Shown piece by piece: positions 15,193-24,459 of a stretch of DNA of 32,000 nt. Origin of the DNA: Pseudodesulfovibrio mercurii (GTDB lineage: Bacteria > Desulfobacterota > Desulfovibrionia > Desulfovibrionales > Desulfovibrionaceae); the NCBI RefSeq assembly GCF_000189295.2, contig NC_016803.1, forward strand, positions 3,810,001-3,842,000. Direction: 5' to 3'. Each line of letters begins with the position of its first letter. Position 1 is the first letter of the stretch. A model generated the notes under the pieces. The model was not told the origin of the DNA. It was given only the letters and a program-made list of their open reading frames with translations, and searched no databases. Position numbers and translations under genes: made by a program.

Positions 15193-18100
15193 ATGTCCGC
15201 TACACCGACCTCCCTGGACCCGAGAATCATTGCTCGGGGCAGGGAGTTTTTTACGTCCATTTCCGGCGAATCTCCTTCGGTTTTCAACAAGGGCTGGTGG
15301 ACCGGAAAGGTCATGGATTGGGCCATGAAAAACGAGGATTTCAAGGTCCAGATGTTCAGATTCGTTGATGTTCTTCCCTGCCTGAACACCTCGGAGTCCC
15401 TGTCGCGCCATATCGAAGAATATTTCGCGGGCGAGGATTCCAACATCCCCGACGTGCTCAAGTGGGGCGCGACCAAGACCAAGTTCGGCGGCGGCCTGGT
15501 GGCCAAGGTCCTGCACAAGACCATCCGCTCCAACATCGAGTCCATGGCCCGCCAGTTCATCATCGGCCAGGAGGCCAAGGAGGCGGTCAAGGGCATCAAG
15601 AAGCTGCGCAAGGACGGGTTCGCCTTCGTCCTCGACCTGCTCGGCGAGGCCACCGTGTCCGAGGTGGAGTCCGACGCCTACCGCGAGGGCTACATGGAGG
15701 TCCTGGACGCCATCCATAAGGAATTGGACAAGTGGAAGCCCCTGGACGGCGGCGAGGGCGATCTGGACTGGGGCAACGCCCCCAAGGTCAACGTGGCGGT
15801 CAAGCCGTCCGCCTTCTACTCCCAGTCCAAACCCGTGGACTTCGAGGGCACCGTGGACGGCATGGTCCGCAGCATCGAGCCCGTCTACAAGAAGGTCATG
15901 GAGATGGGCGGCTTCATGTGCATCGACATGGAGCAGCTCAAGTACAAGGAGGCCACGGTCGAACTGTACAAGCGCCTCCGCCTCAAGTATCCGGATTATC
16001 CCTACCTGGGCATCGTCTTCCAGGCCTACCTCAAGAGCGTGGACGAGGACGTCCGCCTGCTCGTCGAGTGGGCGCGCGAGGTCAACCTGCCCATCTCCAT
16101 CCGGCTGGTCAAGGGCGCCTACTGGGACTACGAGACCGTGCTGGCCAAGCAGAACGACTGGCCCGTGCCGGTCTGGACCCACAAGCCCGAGTCCGACATG
16201 GCCCACGAGCGCGTGGCCCGCTACATCCTCGAAAACCACGACATCTGTCATTTCGCCTGCGCCTCGCACAACATCCGGACCATCTCGGCGGTCATGGAGA
16301 ACGCGGCCGAGCTGAAGGTGCCCGAGGACCGCTACGAGTTCCAGGTCCTCTACGGCATGGCCGAGCCCGTGCGCAAGGGTCTCAAGAACGTGGCCAAGCG
16401 CGTGCGCCTGTACTGCCCCTACGGCGATCTGCTGCCCGGTATGGCCTATCTGGTCCGCCGCCTGCTCGAGAACACGGCCAACGAGTCCTTCCTCAAGCAG
16501 ACCTTTGCCGACGAGGCGGACCGGGACCGGCTCCTGGAGAACCCCCAGGAGACCCTGCGCCGCCAGCTTGAGGGCAAGTGCCGGGTCGAGCCCGAACACA
16601 CGGAAGGGCTGCCCCGGTTCCGCAACTATCCGCCCGTGGACTTCACCGTCCCGGCCGAGCGCGCGGCCTATCCCGCGTCCATGGCCCGGCTGCGCGCCGC
16701 CATGGGCAAACAGGTCCCGCTGTTCATCAACGGCAAGGACGTGACCACCGACGACACCCTGGATTCCTACAACCCGGCCGATCCCGGGGAGATCCTCGGG
16801 ACCGTCTGCCAGGCGGGCGTGGCCGAGGTGGACGCGGCCGTGGAGGCCGCCCGCGAGGCGTACTTCGCCTGGCGCGACGTGCCGCCCGAGGAGCGCGCCC
16901 AGGCCCTGCTCAAGGCTGCCGCATATCTCAAGGCCAACGTCCACGACCTGGCCGCCCTCCAGGTCCTCGAAGTGGGCAAGCAGTGGGATCAGGCCCAGGC
17001 CGACGTGGGCGAGGCCATCGACTTCCTCGAATACTACGCCCGCGAGATGATCCGCCTGGGCAAGCCCCGCCGCATGGGCCGCGCCCCCGGCGAGATGAGC
17101 CATCTCTTCTACCAGGGCAAGGGCGTGGCCGCGGTCATCGCCCCGTGGAACTTCCCCATGGCCATCTCCGTGGGCATGGTCTCCGCCGCCATCGTCTGCG
17201 GCAACCCGGTGGTCTACAAGCCCGCCGGGTCCTCCTCCTGCGTGGGCCGCGCCCTGGTGGACATGTGGAAGGCCGCCGGCCTGCCCGACGGCGTGTTCAA
17301 CTACTGCCCCGGACGCGGGTCGGTCATGGGCGACCACCTGGTGGACCACCCCGACGTGGCTCTCATCGCCTTCACCGGGTCCATGGAAGTGGGGCTGCGC
17401 ATCCAGGAGCGCGCCGCCGTGGCCCAGCCCGGCCAGCAGCACTGCAAGCGGGTCATCGCCGAGATGGGCGGCAAGAACGCGACCATCATCGACGACGACG
17501 CCGACCTGGACGAGGCCGTGCTCGGCGTGCTCTATTCCGCCTTCGGCTTCCAGGGCCAGAAGTGCTCGGCCTGCTCGCGGGTCATCGTCCTCGACGCCGT
17601 CTACGACCGCTTCGTCGGCCGCCTGACCCAGGCCGCCAAGTCCATCAAGCTCGGCCCGGCCGAGAACCCGGCCAACTACATGGGCCCGGTGGTGGACAAG
17701 GCCGCTCAGGAAAACGTCCTGCGCTACGTGAAGATCGCCGAAGAGGAGGGCCGGGTGCTGGTCAAGCGCAGCGTGTCCGACGACGTCAAGGCCACGGGCG
17801 GCTGCTACGTGCCCCTGACCATCGTCGAGAACATCACCAAGGAACACCGCATCGCCCAGGAAGAGGTCTTCGGCCCGGTCCTCGCGGTCATGCGCGCCAA
17901 GGACATGGACGAGGCCATCGACATCGCCAACTCCACCCGGTTCGCCCTGACCGGCGCGGTCTACTCCCGCAGCCCGCACCATCTGGAACAGGTCTACCGG
18001 GACTTCCGCGTGGGCAACCTGTACCTGAACAAGCACTCCGTGGGCGCGCTCGTCGAACGCCACGCCTTCGGCGGCTTCAAGATGTCCGGCGTGGGCTCCA

Positions 18101-18213
18101 AGTCCGGCGGCCCCGACTACCTGCTCCAGTTCATGGACCCGCGCCTGGTCTGCGAAAACACCATGCGCCGGGGCTTCGCCCCCATCGAGGAAGGCGACGA
18201 CTGGCTGAGCTAG
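15193..18213 (+). CDS. putA: Bifunctional proline dehydrogenase / L-glutamate-gamma-semialdehyde (P5C) dehydrogenase
   Basis: 1006 aa from the ATG at 15193 (AAGGAG at 15181). The N-terminal half is PRODH-like (VKGAYWDYE, RRLLENTANESF). The C-terminal half is an aldehyde dehydrogenase (FTGS, EMGGKN, catalytic-Cys region GFQGQKCSACSR). No RHH DNA-binding domain. Confidence 0.95.
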   Translation: MSATPTSLDPRIIARGREFFTSISGESPSVFNKGWWTGKVMDWAMKNEDFKVQMFRFVDVLPCLNTSESLSRHIEEYFAGEDSNIPDVLKWGATKTKFGGGLVAKVLHKTIRSNIESMARQFIIGQEAKEAVKGIKKLRKDGFAFVLDLLGEATVSEVESDAYREGYMEVLDAIHKELDKWKPLDGGEGDLDWGNAPKVNVAVKPSAFYSQSKPVDFEGTVDGMVRSIEPVYKKVMEMGGFMCIDMEQLKYKEATVELYKRLRLKYPDYPYLGIVFQAYLKSVDEDVRLLVEWAREVNLPISIRLVKGAYWDYETVLAKQNDWPVPVWTHKPESDMAHERVARYILENHDICHFACASHNIRTISAVMENAAELKVPEDRYEFQVLYGMAEPVRKGLKNVAKRVRLYCPYGDLLPGMAYLVRRLLENTANESFLKQTFADEADRDRLLENPQETLRRQLEGKCRVEPEHTEGLPRFRNYPPVDFTVPAERAAYPASMARLRAAMGKQVPLFINGKDVTTDDTLDSYNPADPGEILGTVCQAGVAEVDAAVEAAREAYFAWRDVPPEERAQALLKAAAYLKANVHDLAALQVLEVGKQWDQAQADVGEAIDFLEYYAREMIRLGKPRRMGRAPGEMSHLFYQGKGVAAVIAPWNFPMAISVGMVSAAIVCGNPVVYKPAGSSSCVGRALVDMWKAAGLPDGVFNYCPGRGSVMGDHLVDHPDVALIAFTGSMEVGLRIQERAAVAQPGQQHCKRVIAEMGGKNATIIDDDADLDEAVLGVLYSAFGFQGQKCSACSRVIVLDAVYDRFVGRLTQAAKSIKLGPAENPANYMGPVVDKAAQENVLRYVKIAEEEGRVLVKRSVSDDVKATGGCYVPLTIVENITKEHRIAQEEVFGPVLAVMRAKDMDEAIDIANSTRFALTGAVYSRSPHHLEQVYRDFRVGNLYLNKHSVGALVERHAFGGFKMSGVGSKSGGPDYLLQFMDPRLVCENTMRRGFAPIEEGDDWLS

Positions 18214-18235
18214 CCGATCACGCGATACGAATAAC

Positions 18236-18270
18236 CCCCCCCGTCCGGTTAACCGGGCGGGGGTTTTTTA
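18236..18270 (+). terminator. Rho-independent terminator of putA
   Basis: About 10-bp GC-rich stem (18238-18247 / 18254-18263, one G-U pair) around GTTAAC, followed by T6 (18264-18269). Confidence 0.75.
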
Positions 18271-18276
18271 TTCGTT

Positions 18277-18447
18277 GCCTCCGGGCCTCCAGCCGTTGGC
18301 GGGTCTTGAGCATTACGGATGAGGACAGCAGCGATCGGCTGGGGGAAGGGGGGAAGGGGACCCTTTGAGAAAAGGGTTCCCTTCCCCCCTTCCTCCGGAC
18401 CTCCATCCCCTCATCCTTCCTAAACTTTTTGGCGCCGCTTCGCGGGG
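18277..18447 (-). repeat. Structured dispersed repeat, copy C (reverse orientation, with ~55-nt internal insertion)
   Basis: GCCTCCGG at 18277, extra segment 18285-18339, then GGGGAAGGGGGGAAGGGGACCCTTTGAGAAAAGGGTTCCCTTCCCCCCTTCC hairpin, a C-tract block, TAAACTTTTTGG and CCGCTTCGCGGGG. Confidence 0.85.
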
Positions 18448-18613
18448 TGCGGGGATGTGGGGCCAGGCGTCGTTGCCGGGGGATGTGCGGTGGCGGAGAG
18501 AGAGGGTGGGAAGAGGAGGGGAGGGGCCGGCGGCGGAACTTTTTTTCATTTTTTTTCGGGGGAACGATTTCGGGTCGTCTACTTTTTCAATGATATTATA
18601 CGCCTCGATTGTG

Positions 18614-18635
18614 AAACTGAGTGCATACTCAGTTT
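18614..18635. promoter_or_regulatory. Inverted repeat AAACTGAGT-N4-ACTCAGTTT, candidate operator 1 of the tetR-sulP operon
   Basis: Perfect 9-bp arms. Lies just upstream of the putative -35 element. Confidence 0.5.
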
Positions 18636-18646
18636 GCGGGATTTTT

Positions 18647-18676
18647 TTGACATTGTAGGATTTTACAAAGTATGAG
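18647..18676 (+). promoter_or_regulatory. Candidate sigma70-type promoter of the tetR-sulP operon
   Basis: TTGACA (18647-18652), 18-nt spacer, TATGAG (18671-18676), in an AT-rich stretch. Confidence 0.3.
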
Positions 18677-18681
18677 GGAAA

Positions 18682-18703
18682 AAACTGAGTGAACACTCGG
18701 TAC
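18682..18703. promoter_or_regulatory. Second, imperfect copy of the operator (AAACTGAGT-N4-ACTCGGTAC)
   Basis: The left half-site is identical to operator 1 and the right half matches 6/9. Sits immediately downstream of the putative -10. Confidence 0.4.
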
Positions 18704-18727
18704 GCTTGGGAAAAAAGGATCAAAGGC

Positions 18728-19309
18728 ATGAAGAAGAAGGAGTCCATCCTCAAGGCCGCCACGTTCATGTTCGCGCACAAGGGGTTCGCGGACACGTCCG
18801 GGCAGGAGCTTGCCCGCCTCACCGGGGTGGCCGAGGGGACCATCTTCTATCATTTCAAGACCAAGGAAGGGTTGTTGCTGGCGATCCTGGAGAAGACCAG
18901 GGACGAGATCGTGGACCAGTTTGAGCGGTTCTTTGAGAACAGGCCGTTCAAATCGGGTCTCGAGATGACGGAGGAGGTCATCTCATTCTATCTCTACCTG
19001 GCCGGCTTGATGGAAGACAAGTTCCTGCTGCTGCACCGTCACATTCTCTATCAGTTCTCCGAGTCCAACCCGGAGTTCAGGGAAAACCTCGAGGACATCT
19101 ACAACTGCCTCGTGGACATCTTCGAGAAGGCCATCGTGACGGGGCTGGAGGACGGGTCCATCTGCCAGGAGGTCCATCCCAGGAAATCGGCGCTCATTCT
19201 GTTCACGATGGCTGATGGTCTGGTTCGGTTCAAAAACTACAACCTGTACGATGCCGGCGCGCTGTTCAACGAGTTGATGCGGGCGTGTCGCCGGATGTTG
19301 CAGGCGTAA
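18728..19309 (+). CDS. TetR/AcrR-family transcriptional regulator
   Basis: 193 aa from the ATG at 18728: MKKKESILKAATFMFAHKGFADTSGQELARLTGVAEGTIFYHFKTKEGLL (HTH). A GTG at 18689 is an alternative start. Confidence 0.85.
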   Translation: MKKKESILKAATFMFAHKGFADTSGQELARLTGVAEGTIFYHFKTKEGLLLAILEKTRDEIVDQFERFFENRPFKSGLEMTEEVISFYLYLAGLMEDKFLLLHRHILYQFSESNPEFRENLEDIYNCLVDIFEKAIVTGLEDGSICQEVHPRKSALILFTMADGLVRFKNYNLYDAGALFNELMRACRRMLQA

Positions 19310-19326
19310 TGCAAGGAAGAGGCTGC

Positions 19327-21453
19327 ATGCTTTCACGAATATTCCCTTTCATCGGCTGGTTCAAAGGGTACAACATGGCGGCGCTCCGGGCCGACGCCAT
19401 CGCGGGGCTGACCGTCGCCCTGGTGCTCATCCCCCAATCCATGGCCTATGCCCAGCTGGCTGGCATGCCCGCCTACTACGGCCTGTACGCCTCTTTCCTG
19501 CCGCCCCTGGTGGCGGCCCTGTTCGGCTCCAGCCGCCAGCTGGCCACCGGCCCCGTGGCCGTGGTCTCGCTCATGACCGCGGCCTCGCTCGAACCGCTGG
19601 CCACGGCGGGCAGCGAGGGCTACATCGCCTACGCCATCCTGCTGGCCCTGATGGTCGGCATGTTCCAGTTCCTGCTTGGCGTGCTCAAGCTCGGCCTGGT
19701 GGTCAACTTCCTGTCCCATCCCGTGGTCAACGGCTTCACCAACGCCGCGGCCATAATCATCGCCTCGTCCCAGTTCTCCAAGCTCTTCGGGGTCTACGTG
19801 GACGGCGCGGAGCACCACTATGAGACCATCATCCGCGTGGTCGAGTCCGCCTTCCACTACACCCACTGGCCCACCCTGGGCATGGGCGTGCTCGCCTTCG
19901 GCATCATGGTCGGCCTCAAGCGCGTCAATCCCAAGATTCCCAACGTCCTGGTGGCGGTCGTGGTGACCACGGCCCTGTCCTGGGGGCTGGGCTTCAACCA
20001 CGACGTCAAGGCCTCGGTGGACGCCATCCGCATCCCGGCCGTGCACGAGGCCTTGGTCGGCTTCAACACCACCGTGGCCGCCCTCGACGAGCTGGCCCTG
20101 GAGCGCACCGCCCTGGCCAAGAAGATGGAGGAGGCCAAGGAGTCCGGCGATCCCATTCGGGTCATCGACATCCAGCACGACCAGAACGTGGTCGGCGCCC
20201 GCATGGCCGGTCTCAAGGAAAAGGCCCACGAGCTGCGCACCGAACTGCGCGAGGAGCTCATGACCGGCGTGGAGCAGCCCGACGGCAACCTGATCTTCGT
20301 TCCCCGGGACGCGGTCCCGGACGGCATGACCGCCGACGGCCGGACCTGGCGCATCAAGGTCGGCAACACCAAACTCGACCCGGCCTCCCTGAAGATGATG
20401 GGCGGCGGGGCCGTGGTCGGCGTGGTGCCCTCGGGCATCCCGGCCATCTCCATGCCGTCGCTCGACCTCAAGGTCATGCTCCACCTGATCCCGTTCGCCG
20501 CGATCATCTCCCTGCTCGGTTTCATGGAGGCCATCTCCATCGCCAAGGCCATGGCCGCCAAGACCGGCCAGCGGCTGGACCCCAACCAGGAGCTCATCGG
20601 CCAGGGGCTGGCCAACATGATCGGCGCCTGCGGCAAGAGCTACCCGGCCTCGGGCTCGTTCTCCCGTTCGGCGGTCAACCTTCAGGCGGGCGCGGTCACC
20701 GGCATGTCCTCGGTGTTCACCTCGCTCATGGTCGTCATCGCGCTGCTCTTCTTCACTCCGCTGCTCTATCACCTGCCCCAGGCCGTGCTGGCCGCGGTCA
20801 TCATGATGGCCGTCATCGGGCTGATCAACGCCTCGGGCTTCATCCACGCCTGGAAGGCCCAGTGGTACGACGGGGCCATCTCCATCCTGTCCTTCCTGTG
20901 CACCCTGGCCTTCGCCCCGCACCTGGACAAGGGCATCATGGTCGGCGTGGTCCTGTCGCTCCTGGTCTTCCTGTACAAGTCCATGCGGCCGCGCGTGGCC
21001 AACCTGTCCCGCAGCGAGGACGAGTCCCTGCGCGACGCCACGGCCTTCGGCCTGAAGCAGTGCCAGCACATCTCCCTGGTCCGCTTCGACGGTCCGCTGT
21101 TCTTCGCCAACGCGAGCTTCCTGGAGGACCAGATCACCGAGCGGCTCATGGGCAACGACAAGCTCAGGCACATCATTATCGTGGCCAACGGCATCAACGA
21201 CATGGACGCCTCGGGTGAGGAAGCCCTGTCGCTGATCGTCGACCGCGTCCGCTCCCGTGGGCTGGACATCTCCCTGTGCGGGGTGAACGAGGCGGTCATG
21301 GCCGTGCTCGAGCGCACCCACCTGCTGGAGAAGATCGGCAAGGACCACGTGTACGCGACCATGGAGAGCGCCATCTGCGCCACGCACGAGAGTGCGCACC
21401 GCGACGGCAACGAAGACAGCTGTCCCCTCACCACCGTTTGCCGCCTGGCCTAA
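19327..21453 (+). CDS. SulP/SLC26-family anion transporter with C-terminal STAS domain and a ~138-aa internal insertion
   Basis: 708 aa from the ATG at 19327 (AAGGAAGAGG upstream). Motifs DAIAGLTVALVLIPQSMAYAQLAG and PSGIPAISMP. STAS region ISLVRFDGPLFFANASFL. Confidence 0.9.
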   Translation: MLSRIFPFIGWFKGYNMAALRADAIAGLTVALVLIPQSMAYAQLAGMPAYYGLYASFLPPLVAALFGSSRQLATGPVAVVSLMTAASLEPLATAGSEGYIAYAILLALMVGMFQFLLGVLKLGLVVNFLSHPVVNGFTNAAAIIIASSQFSKLFGVYVDGAEHHYETIIRVVESAFHYTHWPTLGMGVLAFGIMVGLKRVNPKIPNVLVAVVVTTALSWGLGFNHDVKASVDAIRIPAVHEALVGFNTTVAALDELALERTALAKKMEEAKESGDPIRVIDIQHDQNVVGARMAGLKEKAHELRTELREELMTGVEQPDGNLIFVPRDAVPDGMTADGRTWRIKVGNTKLDPASLKMMGGGAVVGVVPSGIPAISMPSLDLKVMLHLIPFAAIISLLGFMEAISIAKAMAAKTGQRLDPNQELIGQGLANMIGACGKSYPASGSFSRSAVNLQAGAVTGMSSVFTSLMVVIALLFFTPLLYHLPQAVLAAVIMMAVIGLINASGFIHAWKAQWYDGAISILSFLCTLAFAPHLDKGIMVGVVLSLLVFLYKSMRPRVANLSRSEDESLRDATAFGLKQCQHISLVRFDGPLFFANASFLEDQITERLMGNDKLRHIIIVANGINDMDASGEEALSLIVDRVRSRGLDISLCGVNEAVMAVLERTHLLEKIGKDHVYATMESAICATHESAHRDGNEDSCPLTTVCRLA

Positions 21454-21473
21454 GGCGCTAATAGGGAGTCAAT

Positions 21474-22691
21474 ATGTCAGTTATTACCGTTTTCAACGGA
21501 TTGTTTTGCGAAGCCGGTGTGGTGGTCAAGCGCGTCGTGGACGCCACGGGCTGCCGCCTGATCACGGACCAGGAGATCGTGGCCGACGCCGCGCGCCTGT
21601 CCGGCATGGCTGAGGACCGCATCGCCCGGGCCTTCCAGGCCAAGGCCTCGGTCTTCAACACCTTCAGCCACGAAAAGGAGCAGGCCATCGCCTGGATGCG
21701 TCTGGCCGTGGCCAAGCGGCTGGTCGAGGACGAGGCCATGGTCATTCCCGGCTTCGCCTCCCAGCTGCCCGATCCGAACATCGGCCACATCCTCAAGGTC
21801 TGCCTGATCTCCGACAAGAAGGCGCGGGTGGCCGTGGCCGAGCGTGAGGAGGGCTTCGCCGAGAAGCACGCCATGAAGCTCATCCGCAAGGACGACGAGG
21901 ATCGCGCCGCCTGGGTCAAGGCCCTGCGCGACGTGGACGATCCGTGGTCCGGCACCCTCTACGACCTGGTCCTGCCCGTGGCCTCCACCGGCGTGGACCG
22001 CTGCGCGGACCTCATCGTCGAGCAGCTCTCCAACGCCGCGGTCCAGGTCACCGACCGGACCCGCGCGGCCGTGCAGGACTTCCTCCTGGCCGCCCGCGTG
22101 GAGACCGTGCTGGCCAAGGAGGGCCACAGCGTCCAGGTCTCGGCCCACAAGGGCACCGTCACCCTGACCATCAACAAGCACGTGCTCCTGCTGGAGAAGC
22201 TGGAGCGCGAACTGAAGTCCATCGTCGCCGACGTGGACGGGGTCATGGCCGTGGAGGCCCAGGTGGGCAAGGGATTCCACCAGACCGACATCTACCGCAA
22301 GATGGACTTCGAGGTGCCCTCCAAGGTCCTGCTCGTGGACGACGAGCGCGAATTCGTCCAGACCCTGTCCGAACGGCTGATGATGCGTGACATGGGTTCG
22401 GCCGTGGTTTACGATGGGGAGTCCGCCCTGGATCTGGTGCGCGAAGACGAGCCCGAGGTCATGATCCTCGACCTGAAGATGCCCGGCATCGATGGCATCG
22501 AGGTTCTGCGCCGGGTCAAGAGCGAGCACCCGAACATCGAGGTCATCATCCTGACCGGCCACGGTTCGGAGGCGGACCGCCAGGTGTGCATGGAGCTGGG
22601 CGCCTTCGCCTACCTGCACAAGCCCGTGGACATCGACGTCCTGAGCGAGACGCTCAAGGCCGCCAACGACAAGATCAGAGCCGAAAAGTAA
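21474..22691 (+). CDS. Response-regulator receiver protein with N-terminal cytidylate-kinase-like (degenerate P-loop) and BON-like domains
   Basis: 405 aa. The C-terminal REC reads KVLLVDDE...VMILDLKMPGIDG...ILTGHG...YLHKP. Residues ~1-185 resemble the Cytidylate_kin2 family but carry NGLFCEAG where GxxGxGK is expected. Residues ~200-265 are BON-like (VETVLAKEGHSVQVSAHKGTVTLT...VDGVMAVEAQV). GGGAG SD. Confidence 0.8.
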   Translation: MSVITVFNGLFCEAGVVVKRVVDATGCRLITDQEIVADAARLSGMAEDRIARAFQAKASVFNTFSHEKEQAIAWMRLAVAKRLVEDEAMVIPGFASQLPDPNIGHILKVCLISDKKARVAVAEREEGFAEKHAMKLIRKDDEDRAAWVKALRDVDDPWSGTLYDLVLPVASTGVDRCADLIVEQLSNAAVQVTDRTRAAVQDFLLAARVETVLAKEGHSVQVSAHKGTVTLTINKHVLLLEKLERELKSIVADVDGVMAVEAQVGKGFHQTDIYRKMDFEVPSKVLLVDDEREFVQTLSERLMMRDMGSAVVYDGESALDLVREDEPEVMILDLKMPGIDGIEVLRRVKSEHPNIEVIILTGHGSEADRQVCMELGAFAYLHKPVDIDVLSETLKAANDKIRAEK

Positions 22692-22712
22692 CGGCGGGAG
22701 CCGGGTGGCGTC

Positions 22713-24458
22713 ATGGCAGCACTGTTCGAAAAGATACGGCCCAAATTCTGGGACACGGAAGATGGCGGCGGAGCGGGCAAGAACCTGTTCAACTACCGGC
22801 GCATCTGGCGTTTCGCCATCGTCCTGCTGGCGCTGGTGGCCCTGATCCCCCTGATGGTCATGGCCTTCATCGACTACAACGTCACCCGGCATTCCCTGGA
22901 ATCCGAGAACCTGTTGCGCACGGCCCGGACCACTTCCAACACCCGGCGGTCCGTGGCCTACTTCCTGGAGGAGCGGGCCAAGGCCCTGGAGTTCCTGGCC
23001 CTGGATCGTGGCGTGGGCGCCCTGCGCAGCCGCGAGAACCTGGCCGCGGTCCTGGCCTCCCTGCAACAGAGCTTCGGCGGGTTCGTGGACCTGGGCGTGA
23101 TCAACGACCAGGGGCGGCAGATCGCCTACGTCGGCCCCTACGACCTGCTCGGCCGCGACTACAGCGGCCAGGAGGGGTTCTCCACGACCATGGAGCACGG
23201 CACCTACATCAGCCGGGTCTTCCTCGGCTTCCGCGACGAGCCGCACCTGGTGGTCTCGCGCAAGGTGCACGACGGTCCGTCCGGCGAGGACTTCATCCTG
23301 CGGGCCACGCTGGACACGGACCAGTTCAACTCCATCCTTCAGCTCGACCTGCCCGGCGGCGGCGACGCCTTCGTGGTGGACCGGGAGGGCATCATCCAGA
23401 CCCCGTCCAGGGAGCACGGCGCGCTGCTGACCAAGGTGGACCTGGCCATCCCCGGTTATTCCGAGACGACCAGCGTGGAGCAGGTCCGGGGCGGGGACGG
23501 GCTGGAGTACTCCGTGGGCTTCGCCTACATCCACGACACGCCGTTCGTCGTCCTGGTGGTCAAGCGCACCAAGGAACTGATGAAGCCGTTGCAGACCATC
23601 CGCATGGAACTGCTCTGGATACTCATCTCGAGCATCCTGATCATCCTGCTGGTCATCGTGGGCGTGGCCACCTACCTGGTCAACAAGGTCTACATCGCGG
23701 ACCAGACCAGGGCGCGGACCCTGCACCGCATGGAGCACACCAACCGCATGGCCTCCATCGGACGGCTGGCGGCGGGCGTGGCCCACGAGATCAACAACCC
23801 CCTGGCCATCATCAACGAGAAGGCCGGACTGGTCCGCGACCTGTTCATCTACAAGCAGGAGTACGCCCACGACGAGCGGCTGCTGCGGAACATCGACTCC
23901 ATCCTCAACTCCGTGGCCCGGTGCGGCAAGATCACCAAGCGGCTTCTCAGCTTCGCCCGGCACATCGACGTGGAGATGGACGAGATCGAGTTCAAGGACC
24001 TGGCCAACGAGGTCATCGACTTCCTGCGCAAGGAGGCCGAGTACCGGTCCATCGCCATCGAGATGGACATCCCCGAGAACCTGCCCCCGTTCATCTCGGA
24101 CCGGGGCAAGCTGCAACAGATCTTCCTCAACCTGGTGAACAACGCCTTCCAGGCCATGAACGACGGCGGACACCTGTCCATCTCGGCCAGGGAGACGGCC
24201 TGCGACCACCTGGTCTTCGCCGTGACCGACGACGGCTGCGGCATCCCGGAGGCGGATATCAAGCGCATCTTCGACCCGTTCTTCTCGACCAAGAAGAAGA
24301 CCGGCGGCACCGGGCTCGGCCTGTCCATCACCTACGGCCTGGTCCAGGAACTCGGCGGGACCATGGCCGTGGAGAGCGAGGTGGGCAAGGGGACGACCTT
24401 CACCATAACCATGCCCCTCAAGGGGACCAAGCCCGAATGCAAGACGGACAAGGCATAG
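22713..24458 (+). CDS. Sensor histidine kinase with two TM segments flanking a Cache-like periplasmic domain
   Basis: 581 aa. TM at ~25-45 and ~300-325. H-box AAGVAHEINNPL, N-box NLVNNAFQA, G1 DDGCGI, G2 GTGLGL. Confidence 0.9.
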   Translation: MAALFEKIRPKFWDTEDGGGAGKNLFNYRRIWRFAIVLLALVALIPLMVMAFIDYNVTRHSLESENLLRTARTTSNTRRSVAYFLEERAKALEFLALDRGVGALRSRENLAAVLASLQQSFGGFVDLGVINDQGRQIAYVGPYDLLGRDYSGQEGFSTTMEHGTYISRVFLGFRDEPHLVVSRKVHDGPSGEDFILRATLDTDQFNSILQLDLPGGGDAFVVDREGIIQTPSREHGALLTKVDLAIPGYSETTSVEQVRGGDGLEYSVGFAYIHDTPFVVLVVKRTKELMKPLQTIRMELLWILISSILIILLVIVGVATYLVNKVYIADQTRARTLHRMEHTNRMASIGRLAAGVAHEINNPLAIINEKAGLVRDLFIYKQEYAHDERLLRNIDSILNSVARCGKITKRLLSFARHIDVEMDEIEFKDLANEVIDFLRKEAEYRSIAIEMDIPENLPPFISDRGKLQQIFLNLVNNAFQAMNDGGHLSISARETACDHLVFAVTDDGCGIPEADIKRIFDPFFSTKKKTGGTGLGLSITYGLVQELGGTMAVESEVGKGTTFTITMPLKGTKPECKTDKA

Positions 24459-24459
24459 C

